The notes under the pieces were generated by a model. It worked only from the letters and a program-made list of their open reading frames with translations, did not search any database and had not been told where the DNA came from. A DNA stretch of 64,000 nucleotides from Octopus sinensis (lineage: Eukaryota). The stretch covers positions 1,612,001-1,676,000 of the forward strand of contig NC_043018.1 in NCBI RefSeq assembly GCF_006345805.1. The letters run 5' to 3'. Below are positions 26,566 through 40,379 of the stretch, one piece after another (position 1 is the stretch's first letter; each line of letters begins with the position of its first letter). Made by a program: the position numbers and the translations under genes.

Positions 26566-27297
26566 GTATTTCTTTACTACCCACAAGGGGCTAAACACAG
26601 AGAGGACAAACAAGGACAGACAAACGGATTAAGTCGATTACATCGACCCCAGTGCGCAACTGGTTCTTAATTTATAGACCCCGAAAGGATGAAAGGCAAA
26701 GTCGACCTCGGCGAAATTTGAACTCAGAACGTAACGGCAGACGAAATACGGCCACGCATTTCGCCCGGCGTGCTAACGTTTCTGCCAGCTCGCCGCCTAC
26801 GGCAGACGAAATACCTGTTTCTTTACTACCCACAAGGGGCTAAACACAGAGAAGACAAACAAGGACAGACAAAGGGATTAAGTCGATTACATCGACCCCA
26901 GTGCGCAACTGGTACTTAATTTATCGACCCCGAAAGGATGAAAGGCAAAGTCGACCTCGGCGGAATTTGAACTCAGAACGTAACGGCGGACGAAATACGG
27001 CCACGCATTTCGCCCAGCGTGCTAACGTTTCTGCCAGCTCGCCGCCTACGGCAGACGAGATACCTGGTTCTTTACTACCCACAAGGGGCTAAACACAGAG
27101 AGGACAAACAAGGACAGACAAACGGATTAAGTCGATTACATCGACCCCAGTGCGCAACTGGTACTTAATTTATAGACCCCGAAAGGATGAAAGGCAAAGT
27201 CGACCTCGGCGAAATTTGAACTCAGAACGTAACGGCAGACGAAATACGGCCACGCATTTCGCCCGGCGTGCTAACGTTTCTGCCAGCTCGCCGCCTT
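26566..27297 (-). mobile_element. Tandem trimer of SINE family B, period ~250 bp
   Basis: Three full copies joined by ACGGCAGACGAAATACC-type linkers. Confidence 0.92.
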
Positions 27298-28051
27298 GTA
27301 AAATTGAAGATATAACAGATTAACAAGGCGGATCTGTTATATGTGATTCAAAATTATCTGAACTAAATGTCACTACCAGAACCGTAATAACAGAAGGCAT
27401 GAGCGTGGCTATATATCAAGGAACTTTGCTATATCAATAATATTTACAGGAAGTGGCGGCCCCTCTATATCTGTGAATCCACCATATTCTCATATATAAA
27501 ACGATAATCCTTTGCTATTCAGGAACAGGTATGAGCTAGTAAGCATCAACACAGTAAAGTACGCGGATTTTTCTTCCACGAGAGTTCCGGACCCCATCTA
27601 TGAATTCATTGCATACAGCCAATCAGAGCTCAACTATCAAACTAATTCAAGAGCGCATAAGTGACATCTCCCAAATGTCAGGTCTTATCACTTGGGTAAG
27701 GAATGACCATGTTTCTTTTCTCTTTTAGTAATGCTTGTTGTTGTTGTTCTTGTTTCAACCATGGCTGCCTCTGCGTAGTTATTTGTGTCGTTGTTTACTT
27801 CCTAAAACACTAAGGAGAAAGGGTTGCTAGCACATCGCCCTCTATCCACAGTTTTCCCATCCACACCTTTACCATATGGCGCCCCAACAAAATCTGATAA
27901 TAGGCATAGATGCAAATCTGTCTAATTACTAATAGAAATATTAAAATTACTAAGTCTCTTTATTATTGAAAACAAGTGGATGTATTCCACCGTAACTAGG
28001 TAAAATCTTCGAACTGAGACGGTCAGTAGCGTAACCTGCAGGTCTGACTAC

Positions 28052-28094
28052 GCTGCATTGATAAGGGGCAACAACCCTGAAACATGTCTGTAGC
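28052..28094 (+). ncRNA. Decayed minimal hammerhead motif
   Basis: GCUGCA-UUGAUAA-GGGG-CAACAA-CCCU-GAAA-CAUG-U-C-UGUAGC; helices intact, core has C3U and G8A. Confidence 0.5.
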
Positions 28095-28962
28095 TGCCGG
28101 ACTAGCAGGTTGAAGCGGCTGACCTCCCTTGTTCGAAGGTTTAATAACGGACGCAGTTTGTGTTGTCAAGTAGCTAGCTTGAGGCGATGGCTTCATGGAG
28201 CTAATCAGCGACAGCTTTATTCTTATTTTTAAGAATGCCATATTAGTATGGCGATAACTATTAATTTTGTCTAATTACTTGTCCCCTAAAATCAGGCATA
28301 ACCTGGCAATCGTTCTTCGTCTTACTTTTACTTGGTACTGTGTGTTTGTTAACTTGACAATAAGTTCAAGAGGAGCTCTGAGTAGGTGTTTTCAAATGAG
28401 TCCATTAATGGAGTCCGGAACACTCGTGGAAAAAAGAAATACGCATAAGGGACATAAGGACACTTCTAAATATCCACGCGAAATGCAATTTAGAAGTGGA
28501 GATGTCCATTAAGAACTGCCTCGAAATGTCAGACAGATGCTACATTACAGTGAGAGATGTCGTCTTGGCCAAACTCAGTTACATTGTTATCCAGAGCAAG
28601 AATTGTCGTGACATTACACAGACGCATGAATGCACCGAGCTGGCAGAATCGTTAGCACGCTAGGCAAAATACTAAGCGGCATTTCGTCCATCTTTACGTT
28701 CTGAGTTCAAATTCTGCCTCTGTTGACTTTGCCTAATATATATATATATATATACAAATTGAGATAGGGGTTGTAAATGCACAACATTACTTTTTTATGT
28801 ACACTTTTTTTATGTACATTCATTTATGTACACTGTTTTGTTCTGCTTTTATATCTAACCCTACAGTCTCTTATGTGGTGGTTTAATAAAGTATGTGGTT
28901 GAGTATTATCTGGTAATTGATATTTGATTTAGATGTATTTCTCCATTTTCTTATCTTGTATA

Positions 28963-29014
<52 letters not shown>

Positions 29015-29239
29015 TTATATTTCGGAATGGTCATTTTGCCACTTTAGCCAATAAAAGCACACGCACTAATATTTGGTGCTATTTTGCTTAAGTGTTTTTT
29101 TTTTGTTTTTTTTTATTTCATCTAGTTTCAGCTCACAAGCTGTGGCCATGCTGGGGCACCGCCATTTATTTTTTTTACATTAAACTTAATCTTATTTCGG
29201 CCAGAGTTCTTTCGTCAAAATGACCATTCCGAAATATAA
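29015..29239. repeat. 24-bp perfect inverted repeat flanking a short repeat with a SINE-C tail
   Basis: TTATATTTCGGAATGGTCATTTTG at 29015-29038, reverse complement at 29216-29239. Confidence 0.9.
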
Positions 29240-29529
29240 CAATATCTGTTTCAACACACGACTTCACATAAAAAAATCTTGCACAACAAATATACATATA
29301 TATATATATATATATATATGCATACCCACATGTAGAGCAATTCACGCGATGACATACATACAAGGAAGATTATACACGCGATGATAGTTGTGCCAGCTGA
29401 TATTAGAGTTTTGTTACCTGCCTTTACGATCACATCTCGACTCCAGACCTACGTCAGATTCTCATCCCATCTATCGTGGTGCCCACAATAATATATATAT
29501 CGCATTATTACACAAAGGTTACGTAAATA

Positions 29530-29575
<46 letters not shown>

Positions 29576-29775
29576 GTACTCCCTGAAAATGTCTTATGGT
29601 TTACCATCGAGAGAACTTTATATGTTAGAATATATTACGATAATTAGGTTTGAAAAGAGGAGCCGCCACCTGCAGTGTGATACGATGAGAACACGTATGA
29701 GCTACAGGATATGTGCTGGCATTTGCAATGAATACCACATACTGTTTTAGCTATGATTCCTGTATATATATATAC

Positions 29776-29810
<35 letters not shown>

Positions 29811-30000
29811 TAAATATATATGTACATATATATACGTACACATTTATGTATATTTATGTATGCATGTATATGTATATATAGATATTTGCATGTACATGTG
29901 TACATATATATTTATAAATATATATGTACATATATATATGTACTCATTTATGTATATTTATGTATGTATGTATGTATATGAATATATATGCATGTACATA

Positions 30001-30044
<44 letters not shown>

Positions 30045-30335
30045 CATACTACATACACGCACACGCATATAATTAATATAGTGATTTTGGCAAAAGATTT
30101 AATCTGATCGTGTGTGGAAATGAAATGAAATACGCATCGTAATATAAGCCACATATTTACGTTATATATGTTCTATGTCTTATGTATATATTTCAGGATT
30201 ATATGTACTCAGATATGATGTGTGCAAATGTGTGTGTTTCCGCACGTGCGTATGTGTGCGAGAGTATTTATATATTTGCATATGCGTGCCTGTGTGCATA
30301 CAGCTATTACATAAATTCGGTGTATATGTATACAT

Positions 30336-30429
<94 letters not shown>

Positions 30430-30503
30430 TCCTGTGCTTGTATGTGTGCCTGTGTTTATATGTGCATATACCTATTATATAAATTAGAATAAAACTGGTC
30501 TAA

Positions 30504-30549
<46 letters not shown>

Positions 30550-31452
30550 GTATATATATATGTATATATCTGTAGGTAGAGAAAAGTGTGTGAATATAGG
30601 CGTGTGCGTTTCTATTTATGTGTGTGTCACTGTTCGTGCGTCTGTGTGGTGTGCGAGTGTCTTCGTGTGTCTGTGTTTTTAATATATTCAGTTTATGCTC
30701 AATGACTAATGCTTGCATTTATAGATGACTAGGTACACGTGCTTCGTTGATGTGTATACACACTTGCTGAAGTTTGCATGTGTGTACACATGTCTCAATG
30801 GTGACAGAATATGTGTCTGTAAATGCGTACATTCAGTCACACATGCATACATGTTTACACATGTGCATATATAATATATATATATATATACGTATGTATA
30901 TATGTATGTTTAATATATATATATATATGTATGTATGTTTGTATGACTGTACATGTGCACGTACTTAGACATACATTGGTTTTGTGTGCGTGTCTATATG
31001 TGTGTACTTGCACGCGTGTTCTTGTGATTGCTTGTGTGTGTGTGTGTGTGAGTGTGTGTGGGTGTGGGTGTGCTTTAGGAATTGCATTTGAAAATTGGTT
31101 TCCTGAAAAATCCTGATAAATATTCTATAATTTATATTTCATGCCGTCAATGGAATGGAAAAGAATTCTATTTCTATTTCTATACTATTCCATCTGCAAT
31201 AAATCAGGAATTAAGCACAACCTTTCAACGCAAACTTAAACTGTTTTTACCATTGCGGTCATGCTGCCATAATAGACTAGATTACAGCAAGTCTTAATTA
31301 AAATGTCGTGATGCCGATACAGTATATAATAATTCTCTTATGATATGCGAAGGGGGAATGAGATGTATTCCCTTGTTGCTGCAAGCTCTTAGAATATTAT
31401 ATGTTTTATGTGTGCAAGTATTTAATTTCCATGTGCGTGTGTGTATGTACCT

Positions 31453-31492
<40 letters not shown>

Positions 31493-31602
31493 ACAGGTAA
31501 TTAGATATGCAACGCAAATTCATAAACGTGACATATATATATATATATGTATGTATGTATGTATGTTGTATGTATGAATGTTTGCATTACGTATTATGTA
31601 TG

Positions 31603-31633
<31 letters not shown>

Positions 31634-32076
31634 ATACATACATATATATATACATATACATGCATACATACATACACATGTATAGATACATAGATAGACA
31701 GATAGATAGATAGATAATCTTTTATTAGTTTCAGCCATACGCGTCTGTATTCATGTACGTATATAGGCGAAGCGAGTACCTAAACGTTTCAGGTATTTAA
31801 ATATTACTTCACCAAATACAGTGTATGCAATCCATAGACTTCGATTTATTGTCGTTATAAACAGTACACTTTTCTTTGTGTCGCCTGATTCGTGCCATTT
31901 TGATTATATGGATTTTTCATTAGTTTATCTGATTTTGTATGCCATTTAATATTCACATTAGATGTTTTGTCTTTGGTTGTCGTCGTTTCATTTGCCAATA
32001 TATCTTTAATTCTATCTATTATTCATAGTTACTGTGAGCATGTTTATTCTTTCGGTTTCCCACTATTCATAAATTC

Positions 32077-32460
32077 GTGGAGGCGTAATGGCCCAGTAGT
32101 TAGGGCAGCGGACTCGCGGTCATAGGATCGCGGTTTCGATTCCCAGACCGGGCGTTGTGAGTGTTTATTGAGCGAAAACACCTAAAGCTCCACGGGACTC
32201 CGGCAGGGGATGGTGGTGATCCTTGCTGTACTCTTTCACCACAACTTTCTCTCACTCTTACTTCCTGTTTCTGTTGTACCTGTATTTCAAAGGGCCGGCC
32301 TTGTCACCCTCTGTGTCACGCTGAATATCCCCGAGAACTACGTTAAGGATACACGTGTCTGTGGAGTGCTCAGCCACTTACACGTTAATTTCACGAGCAG
32401 GCTGTTCCGTTGATTCGGATCAACCGGAACCCTCGTCGTCGTAACTGACGGAGTGCTTCC
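32077..32460 (+). mobile_element. Full-length SINE family A with TSD ATTCATAAATTC
   Basis: TSD at 32065-32076 and 32461-32472. Confidence 0.92.
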
Positions 32461-32744
32461 ATTCATAAATTCCTACTATACTAAGTGTTTCCTCTATTAT
32501 ATAACTCTATATTTTATTCACATGTGTATTATAACAATCCTTCCGTTTATTTTTTCTCTTACAACCTAGTAGAAAACAACCATGCGATTTGTTGGTACAT
32601 ATTCTATTTGTCTACAGATATTTCCCCCCTCACTTAGTCACGGACTGTCACTAAATCTACCCTGTATTTGACTGTTCTGTACAAAATATATAATTGTATC
32701 TATTATACATTTGATAATGTATAATAATGTACTGAAGACCGAAT

Positions 32745-32945
32745 CTCAGATTATATGAGCTTATATGATTCCACATTCGTGGATCACCGAGTGCATAGAC
32801 CTGTTTGAAATTGCGAAGAATTTAACGTGTTTCCTAAAGAGAAGTATGGTGGGGTGGAAAACTGAACTGACACCTTACGGAAAAAGTGTGAGCACCTTGG
32901 GTATCAAAAGAGGGATTTTCCGGTTGACAAACTATCTCCGTTGCT
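32745..32945 (+). pseudogene. R4-type reverse transcriptase fragment
   Basis: IPHSWITECIDLFEIAKNLTCFLKRSMVGWKTEL..IKRGIF, then DKLSPLL; homologous to 5890-6090. Confidence 0.8.
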
Positions 32946-33047
32946 TCAACCGGAAAATCCTCTTTTGATACTCAAGGTGCTCACACTTTTTCCGTAAGGT
33001 GTCAGTTCAGTTTTCCACCCCACCATACTTCTCTTTAGGAAACACGT
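32825..33047. repeat. Near-perfect inverted duplication, arms 103/102 bp, 18-nt loop
   Basis: Arms 32825-32927 and 32946-33047 differ by one substitution and one 1-nt indel. Confidence 0.95.
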
Positions 33048-33070
33048 ATAAGATGTCAAAAGAGATAAAT

Positions 33071-33123
33071 GAAGACATCTTTATTAAGGCTGCAAATTTT
33101 GCACCCTTAATAAAGATGTCTTC
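33071..33123. repeat. Hairpin with perfect 19-bp outer stem
   Basis: GAAGACATCTTTATTAAGG / CCTTAATAAAGATGTCTTC, with TGCAAA/TTTGCA inside. Confidence 0.95.
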
Positions 33124-33310
33124 GTACGAAACAATTGTACCGAAATATTGATCCATTCTTGTTGCTTTTTTCTTATTTATAATTATTTATAATCACCCCG
33201 CATTATCTATGGTTAACACCATATAGATTTCTGGTGCATCTTAGTTAAGTACCGCATACATGTGAATTCAACAGAACTCACTTGAATCTTAATTGCTATA
33301 TATATATATG

Positions 33311-33360
<50 letters not shown>

Positions 33361-33685
33361 CATACATACATACATACATACATACAACATACATACATAC
33401 ATACATTTATATATATATAGATAGAGATAGAGATATATCGGGAGAATAGGGATTTAACACATTCAAGTTTTATGTTATAGTAAATCACACATTTCTTCAT
33501 CAGGACCTACGCACGTTTCTACTACGTGCCAGTGCATACCGTAAAGTTTGCAACTTACTGTTCATTAGCGTTGCTGCTTCGTCAGGATCCGAATTAATTG
33601 ATAATTAGATATCATCTAAAAATAGTATAAGCACAAGCAGATATATAAGAGAGGGAGAGAGAGAGAGAGAGAGGAATCAAAACAA

Positions 33686-33802
33686 TTTGATTCACTCTTC
33701 TTGGTACTCTGAGTTTCAAGCATGTACCAAGTCTTGGAATACTGGGGTCAGATTCAGACCCCACACGCTTGAAACAAGGAGTACCGAGATATCTGAATCA
33801 AA
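33686..33802. repeat. Imperfect ~40-bp-arm inverted repeat enclosing a 7-bp GC stem
   Basis: TTTGATTCA..GGTACTC..GTTTCAAGC.TGT vs its reverse complement; TGGGGTC-AGATTCA-GACCCCA inside. Confidence 0.8.
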
Positions 33803-33895
33803 GTATTTCGCTTTATACATGTAACTCCTAATAAATGTGTTGAATGACCTTCTTTCGTTTGTCTACACACCCGTATATATATATATATAATATAT

Positions 33896-33944
<49 letters not shown>

Positions 33945-33957
33945 ACATGCATTAGCC

Positions 33958-34057
33958 NNNNNNNNNNNNNNNNNNNNNNNNNNNNNNNNNNNNNNNNNNN
34001 NNNNNNNNNNNNNNNNNNNNNNNNNNNNNNNNNNNNNNNNNNNNNNNNNNNNNNNNN
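33958..34057. other. Assembly gap (100 N)
   Basis: Direct reading. Confidence 1.
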
Positions 34058-34694
34058 GTAGGGAAATGGGGACACGTGGGTTGGAGAGGTGGGAGGGGGA
34101 CGTGCGGAGGAAGGGAGCGGAGGCGGATGCTGAGAAGGAAGGAGGAAGTGAAGCTTTCTTTTCTCGGATGTGAATGCTTTTAGTTGTTGTCACGTAAGGC
34201 AATGTCTGATGCGAGAGCACAACCTGCAGACATCATGTGCGTTTCTATCACTCTATCTATCTGCCTGTTTATTATCTATCTATTTATCTACTTATATATG
34301 TATCCATGTGTGCATATGCATATATATATATAATATATATAGATATATATATATATATTATATATATATATGTATGTATGTAGTATGTATGTATGTATGT
34401 ATGTATGTATGTGTATGTATGTATGTAGTATATGTATGTATGTATGTATGTATATATGTATATGTATGTATGTATGTATATATGATATGTATGTATATGT
34501 ATGTATGTATGTATATATATTATGTATGTATGTATGTATATATATGTATGTATGTATATTTATATATATGTATGCATATATATATGCATATTTCTATACA
34601 TATACCTACCTTTATATACATATATCTATGTAAAATGTGTGTGGTGTGTGTATAATATATATATTATAAATATATATATATATATATATCAATA

Positions 34695-34733
<39 letters not shown>

Positions 34734-34781
34734 ATATATATGTATGTATATATATGTATAGATATGAATGTATATATTTAT

Positions 34782-34816
<35 letters not shown>

Positions 34817-35620
34817 GAATACATAAACGAGCATAGATAGATAGATAAATAGCATCCCACCATACTTGCCACGCATTTCAGAGATGTATGTAGATATATG
34901 TTTGGGTACGTATATTTGTGTGTATATATACATACACACGCATATATACATATATAAGGTCATACTCGCACATAAGCATCTAAATATATGTATATATATG
35001 TGTGTGTGTGTTTGTGTTTGTGTGTATGTATGTGTATGTATATGTGTGTTGTGTGTGTAGATAGTTATATATGGGCACGGGATGTGCGTGTATCCCTGCT
35101 CGTGTACGTAAAGCGGCATGCACATTTCCATGTATATATTCAGGTATCCTTACATCAAGTACATACTGCTATATATATATATATGTACACAGATGCACAC
35201 ACATTTACAGATCATTACACACGTATAAACAGTCTGACAGCTACGTACAGGGAATACATTACTCACTTTGCCCGGAGTAGCAGGATTTATGAATGAATAT
35301 AATTGTCCGCTTGTGCAGCTGCATTGTTGTTGTTGTTGTAGTTGTAGTAGTAGTAGTAGTAGTAGTAGTAATGAGGGTGGTAGACTTAAAGGATGTGATG
35401 GGAGAGGTGGATGACATGTTGGCGAAAAGGAGTGTTGTCAGTGACATTAGTGTTTCTTTCGTAGGAGAGAAAGTGTAACATGACAGAAAGAGGAAAAAGG
35501 GGACAGGGAGAAAATGAAACAGACGGAGGATAGATAAGTAGATAGATAGATAAATAGAGAGAGAGAGATAGAGAGAGAGAGAGACAGACAGATAGACAGA
35601 GACAGATAAATGGACAGATC

Positions 35621-35652
<32 letters not shown>

Positions 35653-35782
35653 TATGAAAAGAAAATGTATCAATACTTGGTTGTATTGATTCCAGATCAC
35701 CTGACACCAATAACAATCACTATGTCAATATAACTGGTTCTTATTAAGAAATTTGCTGTTATTTCAGGACACACATACACTC

Positions 35783-35813
<31 letters not shown>

Positions 35814-37119
35814 ACAGGCACGCAAACACGTACAACCTGGAACCATGTGGTTGGTTAGCAAGCTATATATATATATATATATGTACGTCGGGTTTCTTTC
35901 AGTTTCCTCACAAGGCTTTGGTCGGGCCGAGGCTATAGTAGAAAGCACTAGCCCAAGGTGCCAGGCAGTGGGACTGAACCCGGAACTATGTGGTCACAAA
36001 GGAAGCTACTTACCACACAGCCCCTCTTGCCCTTATATACTTCTGTGTATGTGTGTATGTGTGTGTGTGTGTGTATGTGTGTGTGTATGTGTGAAGGTAT
36101 GTGTGTGTATGTGTGTGTATGTGTGTGTGTATGTGTGTGTGTATGTGTGTGTATGTGTGGTGTGTGTATGTATATTTTTCTGGTTTCGTTCTAGGTCAGC
36201 CTTGGTTGACGAAGACCATTATCAAAGTCTTTCAGGCAATAACTAGTCTGTCCGGCTGTTATTTCTAGCAGGTTCGTTGCCCGCGCACGCACAACTATTT
36301 AGCTAACAGTATCTATATGCGTGTGCTCACGCGAATGTGCGTGTGAGTATGTGCGTGCGAAGGTATTCAGGTGTTAAAAGTGTGCGTGTGTGAAAAGCAA
36401 GTACGTGCACGTGTTTTGACTGTGTGTGTGTGGTTATAAATTGCTTGCTTATGTCTGTATGTGGGCGGCGCTTTACGCTTCGCGTTAACGTGAGTGCGTG
36501 TTTGCCTGTCTGAGTATGTGTTTGAACGCGTATGTGTAGCTTGGCAATGAACGTCTGTGCGTCTGTGTGTTTGTAAGGCGAGAGAGACAGACATTCAGAC
36601 AGGCAGACAGAGAGACAGGCAGACAGACAGCGCTACCCTCTTTTGTGAATGTGTTGCTCGCCCACGAATGTGTCAACGCTTGTGTGTTGGAGTTTGTGTC
36701 TGTTCATGCCTGTTTCGGAGTATGTGTGTGTGTATGTATGTATGTATGTATGTATGTATGTATGTATGTATGCATGTATCTATATATATATATATATAGA
36801 TATATATTATATGTTATGTATATATAATATATTATATATGTATATGATATATGTATATATATATGTGTATATGTATATATGTATATATGTATATATGTAT
36901 GTATATATATGTATATATGTATGTATATATATGTATATATGTATATATATATATATAATGTATATATATATATGTATATATATATATATGTATTATATAT
37001 ATATATTGTATATATATATATGTATATATATATATTGTATATATATATGTATATATATATGTATATATATATATGTATATATATATATGTATATATATAT
37101 ATATGTATATTATATATAG

Positions 37120-37176
<57 letters not shown>

Positions 37177-37210
37177 ACTTTATTTTAAGCAGCAGAAAAT
37201 TCAACAAAAT

Positions 37211-37247
37211 CTGTTACTCTGAGTTTCTCGTTGCGTTCATCAGACAG
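37211..37247 (-). ncRNA. Minimal hammerhead-like motif
   Basis: CUGU-CUGAUGA-A.CG-CAA-CG.A-GAAA-CUCAGAG-U-A-ACAG; palindromic helix III ACUC-A-GAGU; A.A at base of helix II. Confidence 0.5.
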
Positions 37248-37791
37248 TTTTTGCTATATGTATATATATATGTATATATATATATGTATGGATGTATGTA
37301 TGTATATATATATATTTGTATGGATGGATGTAAACGATAATAATAATGGTGGTGATGATGATGTTGATAACGATGATGACGATGATGATGAAATGGACGA
37401 CGGGGATTGCGATGATGATGATGATGACGGTGTGGACGTCGATCATGAGGATGAAGGAATAGGACATCGGCGATGGTGTCCATTACGAAGACGACGACCA
37501 CGACAATGATGATGATGATGAGGTGAATATCACAAACACGGTGACGACTACGACGACGACATCTACAACTACGATGTATGTGCGCACGCACGCGCGCGCG
37601 CGTGTGTGTACGTGTGTGTGTGTATGCATGTGTGAGTGTGTGTGTGCGCTTTTCCCTTATGTCAGCATGTGTTTTATGCGGTGCGTGCAAACACGTCTAA
37701 TGAGACAGGATCAGACACATATGTTGCGTATGCGGGAGAATTTATGTATTATTAGCACGTCTAAATGTGGATTTTATGGATTATTAGTAGC

Positions 37792-37822
<31 letters not shown>

Positions 37823-37869
37823 CGAGTGAGAGAGAGTGCGTGTTTATCTCGATGTTTTTGCTGATGCAG

Positions 37870-37903
<34 letters not shown>

Positions 37904-38643
37904 CATGTATGTGTTGTGGTGGTTTTCTGTGACTCTGTGTGTGCGTGTAGGTGTTGTTATAAATGTACGCATGTGTGTGGTGAATGCAGTGTTTATATAC
38001 GTTGGCAGATAATAAATATAACGGTGTGTGTACACTCTGCTGTCGAGCTTGTGTGTAGATGTGTTTAATTGTGTTGTGTGCGTGAATTATGCGTGTGTGT
38101 GCATATACACACACGCGCACACTGACACACACACACACGCACACAAACACACAGACACAGTCACATGCGTACAGACACACACCTATGTATGTATGTATGT
38201 GTATCTATGTATATAGGCGCAGGAGCGGCTGTGCGGTAAGGAGGTTGCTGCCCCACCACATGGCTCCGGGCATCCAACATGGCTTCCACTACTTGGCAAC
38301 TTAGTTAAGTGTCTTCTGCTACACCCTCGAGCCAACCAAAGCCTTGTGAGTGAATATGGTATGCGGAAACTGAAAGAAGCACGTCGTATATATATGTATA
38401 TATATAGTCATAAAATACAGTGTGTATTTAAACACATGAGGAATCCACTCATGGGATTCAACACGCTAAAAAGAACAGATAAGTTGTATAACCACAAAAT
38501 TCGACAGGAACGAAATGAAAAAATACAAGCATTTTACCATCTAATTTCCTGAACGAATTGGTTTCTGAGTTTAGTTTATCAAGTAAATAACTTTTACTCT
38601 CGAGTGGAAATCGTTTTCAACAAGTACACCTTAGATTAAATAT

Positions 38644-39030
38644 GGATGGAAGCATTCCGTCGGTTACGACGACGATGGTTCCGGTTGATCCGATCAACGG
38701 AACAGCCTGCTCGTGAAATTAACGTGTAAGTGGCTGAGCACTCCACAGACATGTGTACCCTTAACGTAGTTCTCGGGGATTTTCAGCGTGACACAGAGAG
38801 TGACAAGGCCGGCCCTTTGAAATACAAGTACAACAGAAACAGGAAGTAAGAGTGAGAGAAAGTTGTGGTGAAAGAGTACAGCAGGGATCACCACCATCTC
38901 CTGCAGGAGCTTTGTGGAGCTTTAGGTGTTTTCGCTCAATAAACACTCACAACGCCCGGTCTGGGAATCGAAACCGCGATCCTACGACCGCGAGTCCGCT
39001 GCCCTAACCACTGGGCCATTGCGCCTAAAC
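38644..39030 (-). mobile_element. Full-length SINE family A with TSD TAGATTAAATAT
   Basis: TSD at 38632-38643 and 39031-39042. Confidence 0.9.
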
Positions 39031-39379
39031 TAGATTAAATATATAAACAAGAGGCGATCAGCTGTGTGCCTCTTGTTTATACATCCCAATTTTTTGAAGA
39101 TCTACTGCGCAGACGCAGTCCTTCGCCGGCAATAAAAAAAATGTCAACTTTTAAAAACCGAAAATTATCCAAAAACTTACAATATTTAATTATATCAAAG
39201 GGAAATGGAAATCAATAGAAATTGTCATTTCCAGTGGCCTAGCGTGTAAAAATTTATTCCCAAGACTATGTATTAGTCATAAAATACAGTGTACATTTAA
39301 ACACATAATTTTGTGGTTATAGAACCTAGCTGTTCTTTCTAGCATATTGAATCTCAACATATATATATACGCACCCACA

Positions 39380-39700
39380 CATATGGTAAGGGCACCATTT
39401 GGTCATGAATGAGTATAAGATTCCATGTACAAATTATCATCCAATGTACAACAGGCAACGTAAATTTTGTGGAAGACCAAATCTCGTCCATGCATACCAG
39501 CCTTTCCTCTCCACGTCAACAATGTTGTTGAAGGGAAAGGCAAAGTCCTGTCCTGCTTGGCAGCAGTGACGTCGCAACTGATTCCTACTGCTGAATGAAC
39601 TGGAGCCACGTGAAATAAAGAGTCTTGCTCAAGAACACAACACAGAGCCCGGTCCGTTAAACGAACTCTACCACATGATTGTGTGATTGTGAGGCCGACG
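39380..39700 (-). mobile_element. Old CORE-like SINE
   Basis: TCTTGCTCAAGAACACAAC core-like reverse motif; heavily diverged. Confidence 0.55.
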
Positions 39701-39707
39701 TTCTCAC

Positions 39708-39753
<46 letters not shown>

Positions 39754-40338
39754 ATTCTCTACATATATATAAACGTACCTATGTACATACAGTGTGATCT
39801 GATTTTAAGCAAATAGTACAGGCTTGCTTGCACACACAGAAACACACACACATGTACACACACACACAAACACACACACACACACACACAGATATATATA
39901 TATATATATATGAAAGTTAGCAGTCGAAATTACGTGGGCCGCTCATGAGTGTCAAAGAACCTTCAAATTCAACCAGAACACTAATACGATTTTTCCTGAA
40001 GAAACGAACAAATATGATGTTTCCACTTAAAATCCTTCGATATTGCAAATCATATTTCCAATGTCCTACAGATGGAAACTGCAGCAGCAAAAAAAAAAAA
40101 AAACATGTGCTTTGTCGAAACGTACGTTGCAATGCATAAACGGATTTTAAAACTTCCTTCCAAAAGTTCCCTTTACTTCTGTATTTAGCCTATGTTATAG
40201 CAGCACCAGAATAATAAACATCCTATCAATTACTGTGGAAGTCGGGAATAATAAGTAGTAACCGGAAATAGCATAGAAGATATTATGAGCGCGTTCATAA
40301 ACGTTTAACATAAACGAATTCAAAGGACATATACATAC

Positions 40339-40379
<41 letters not shown>

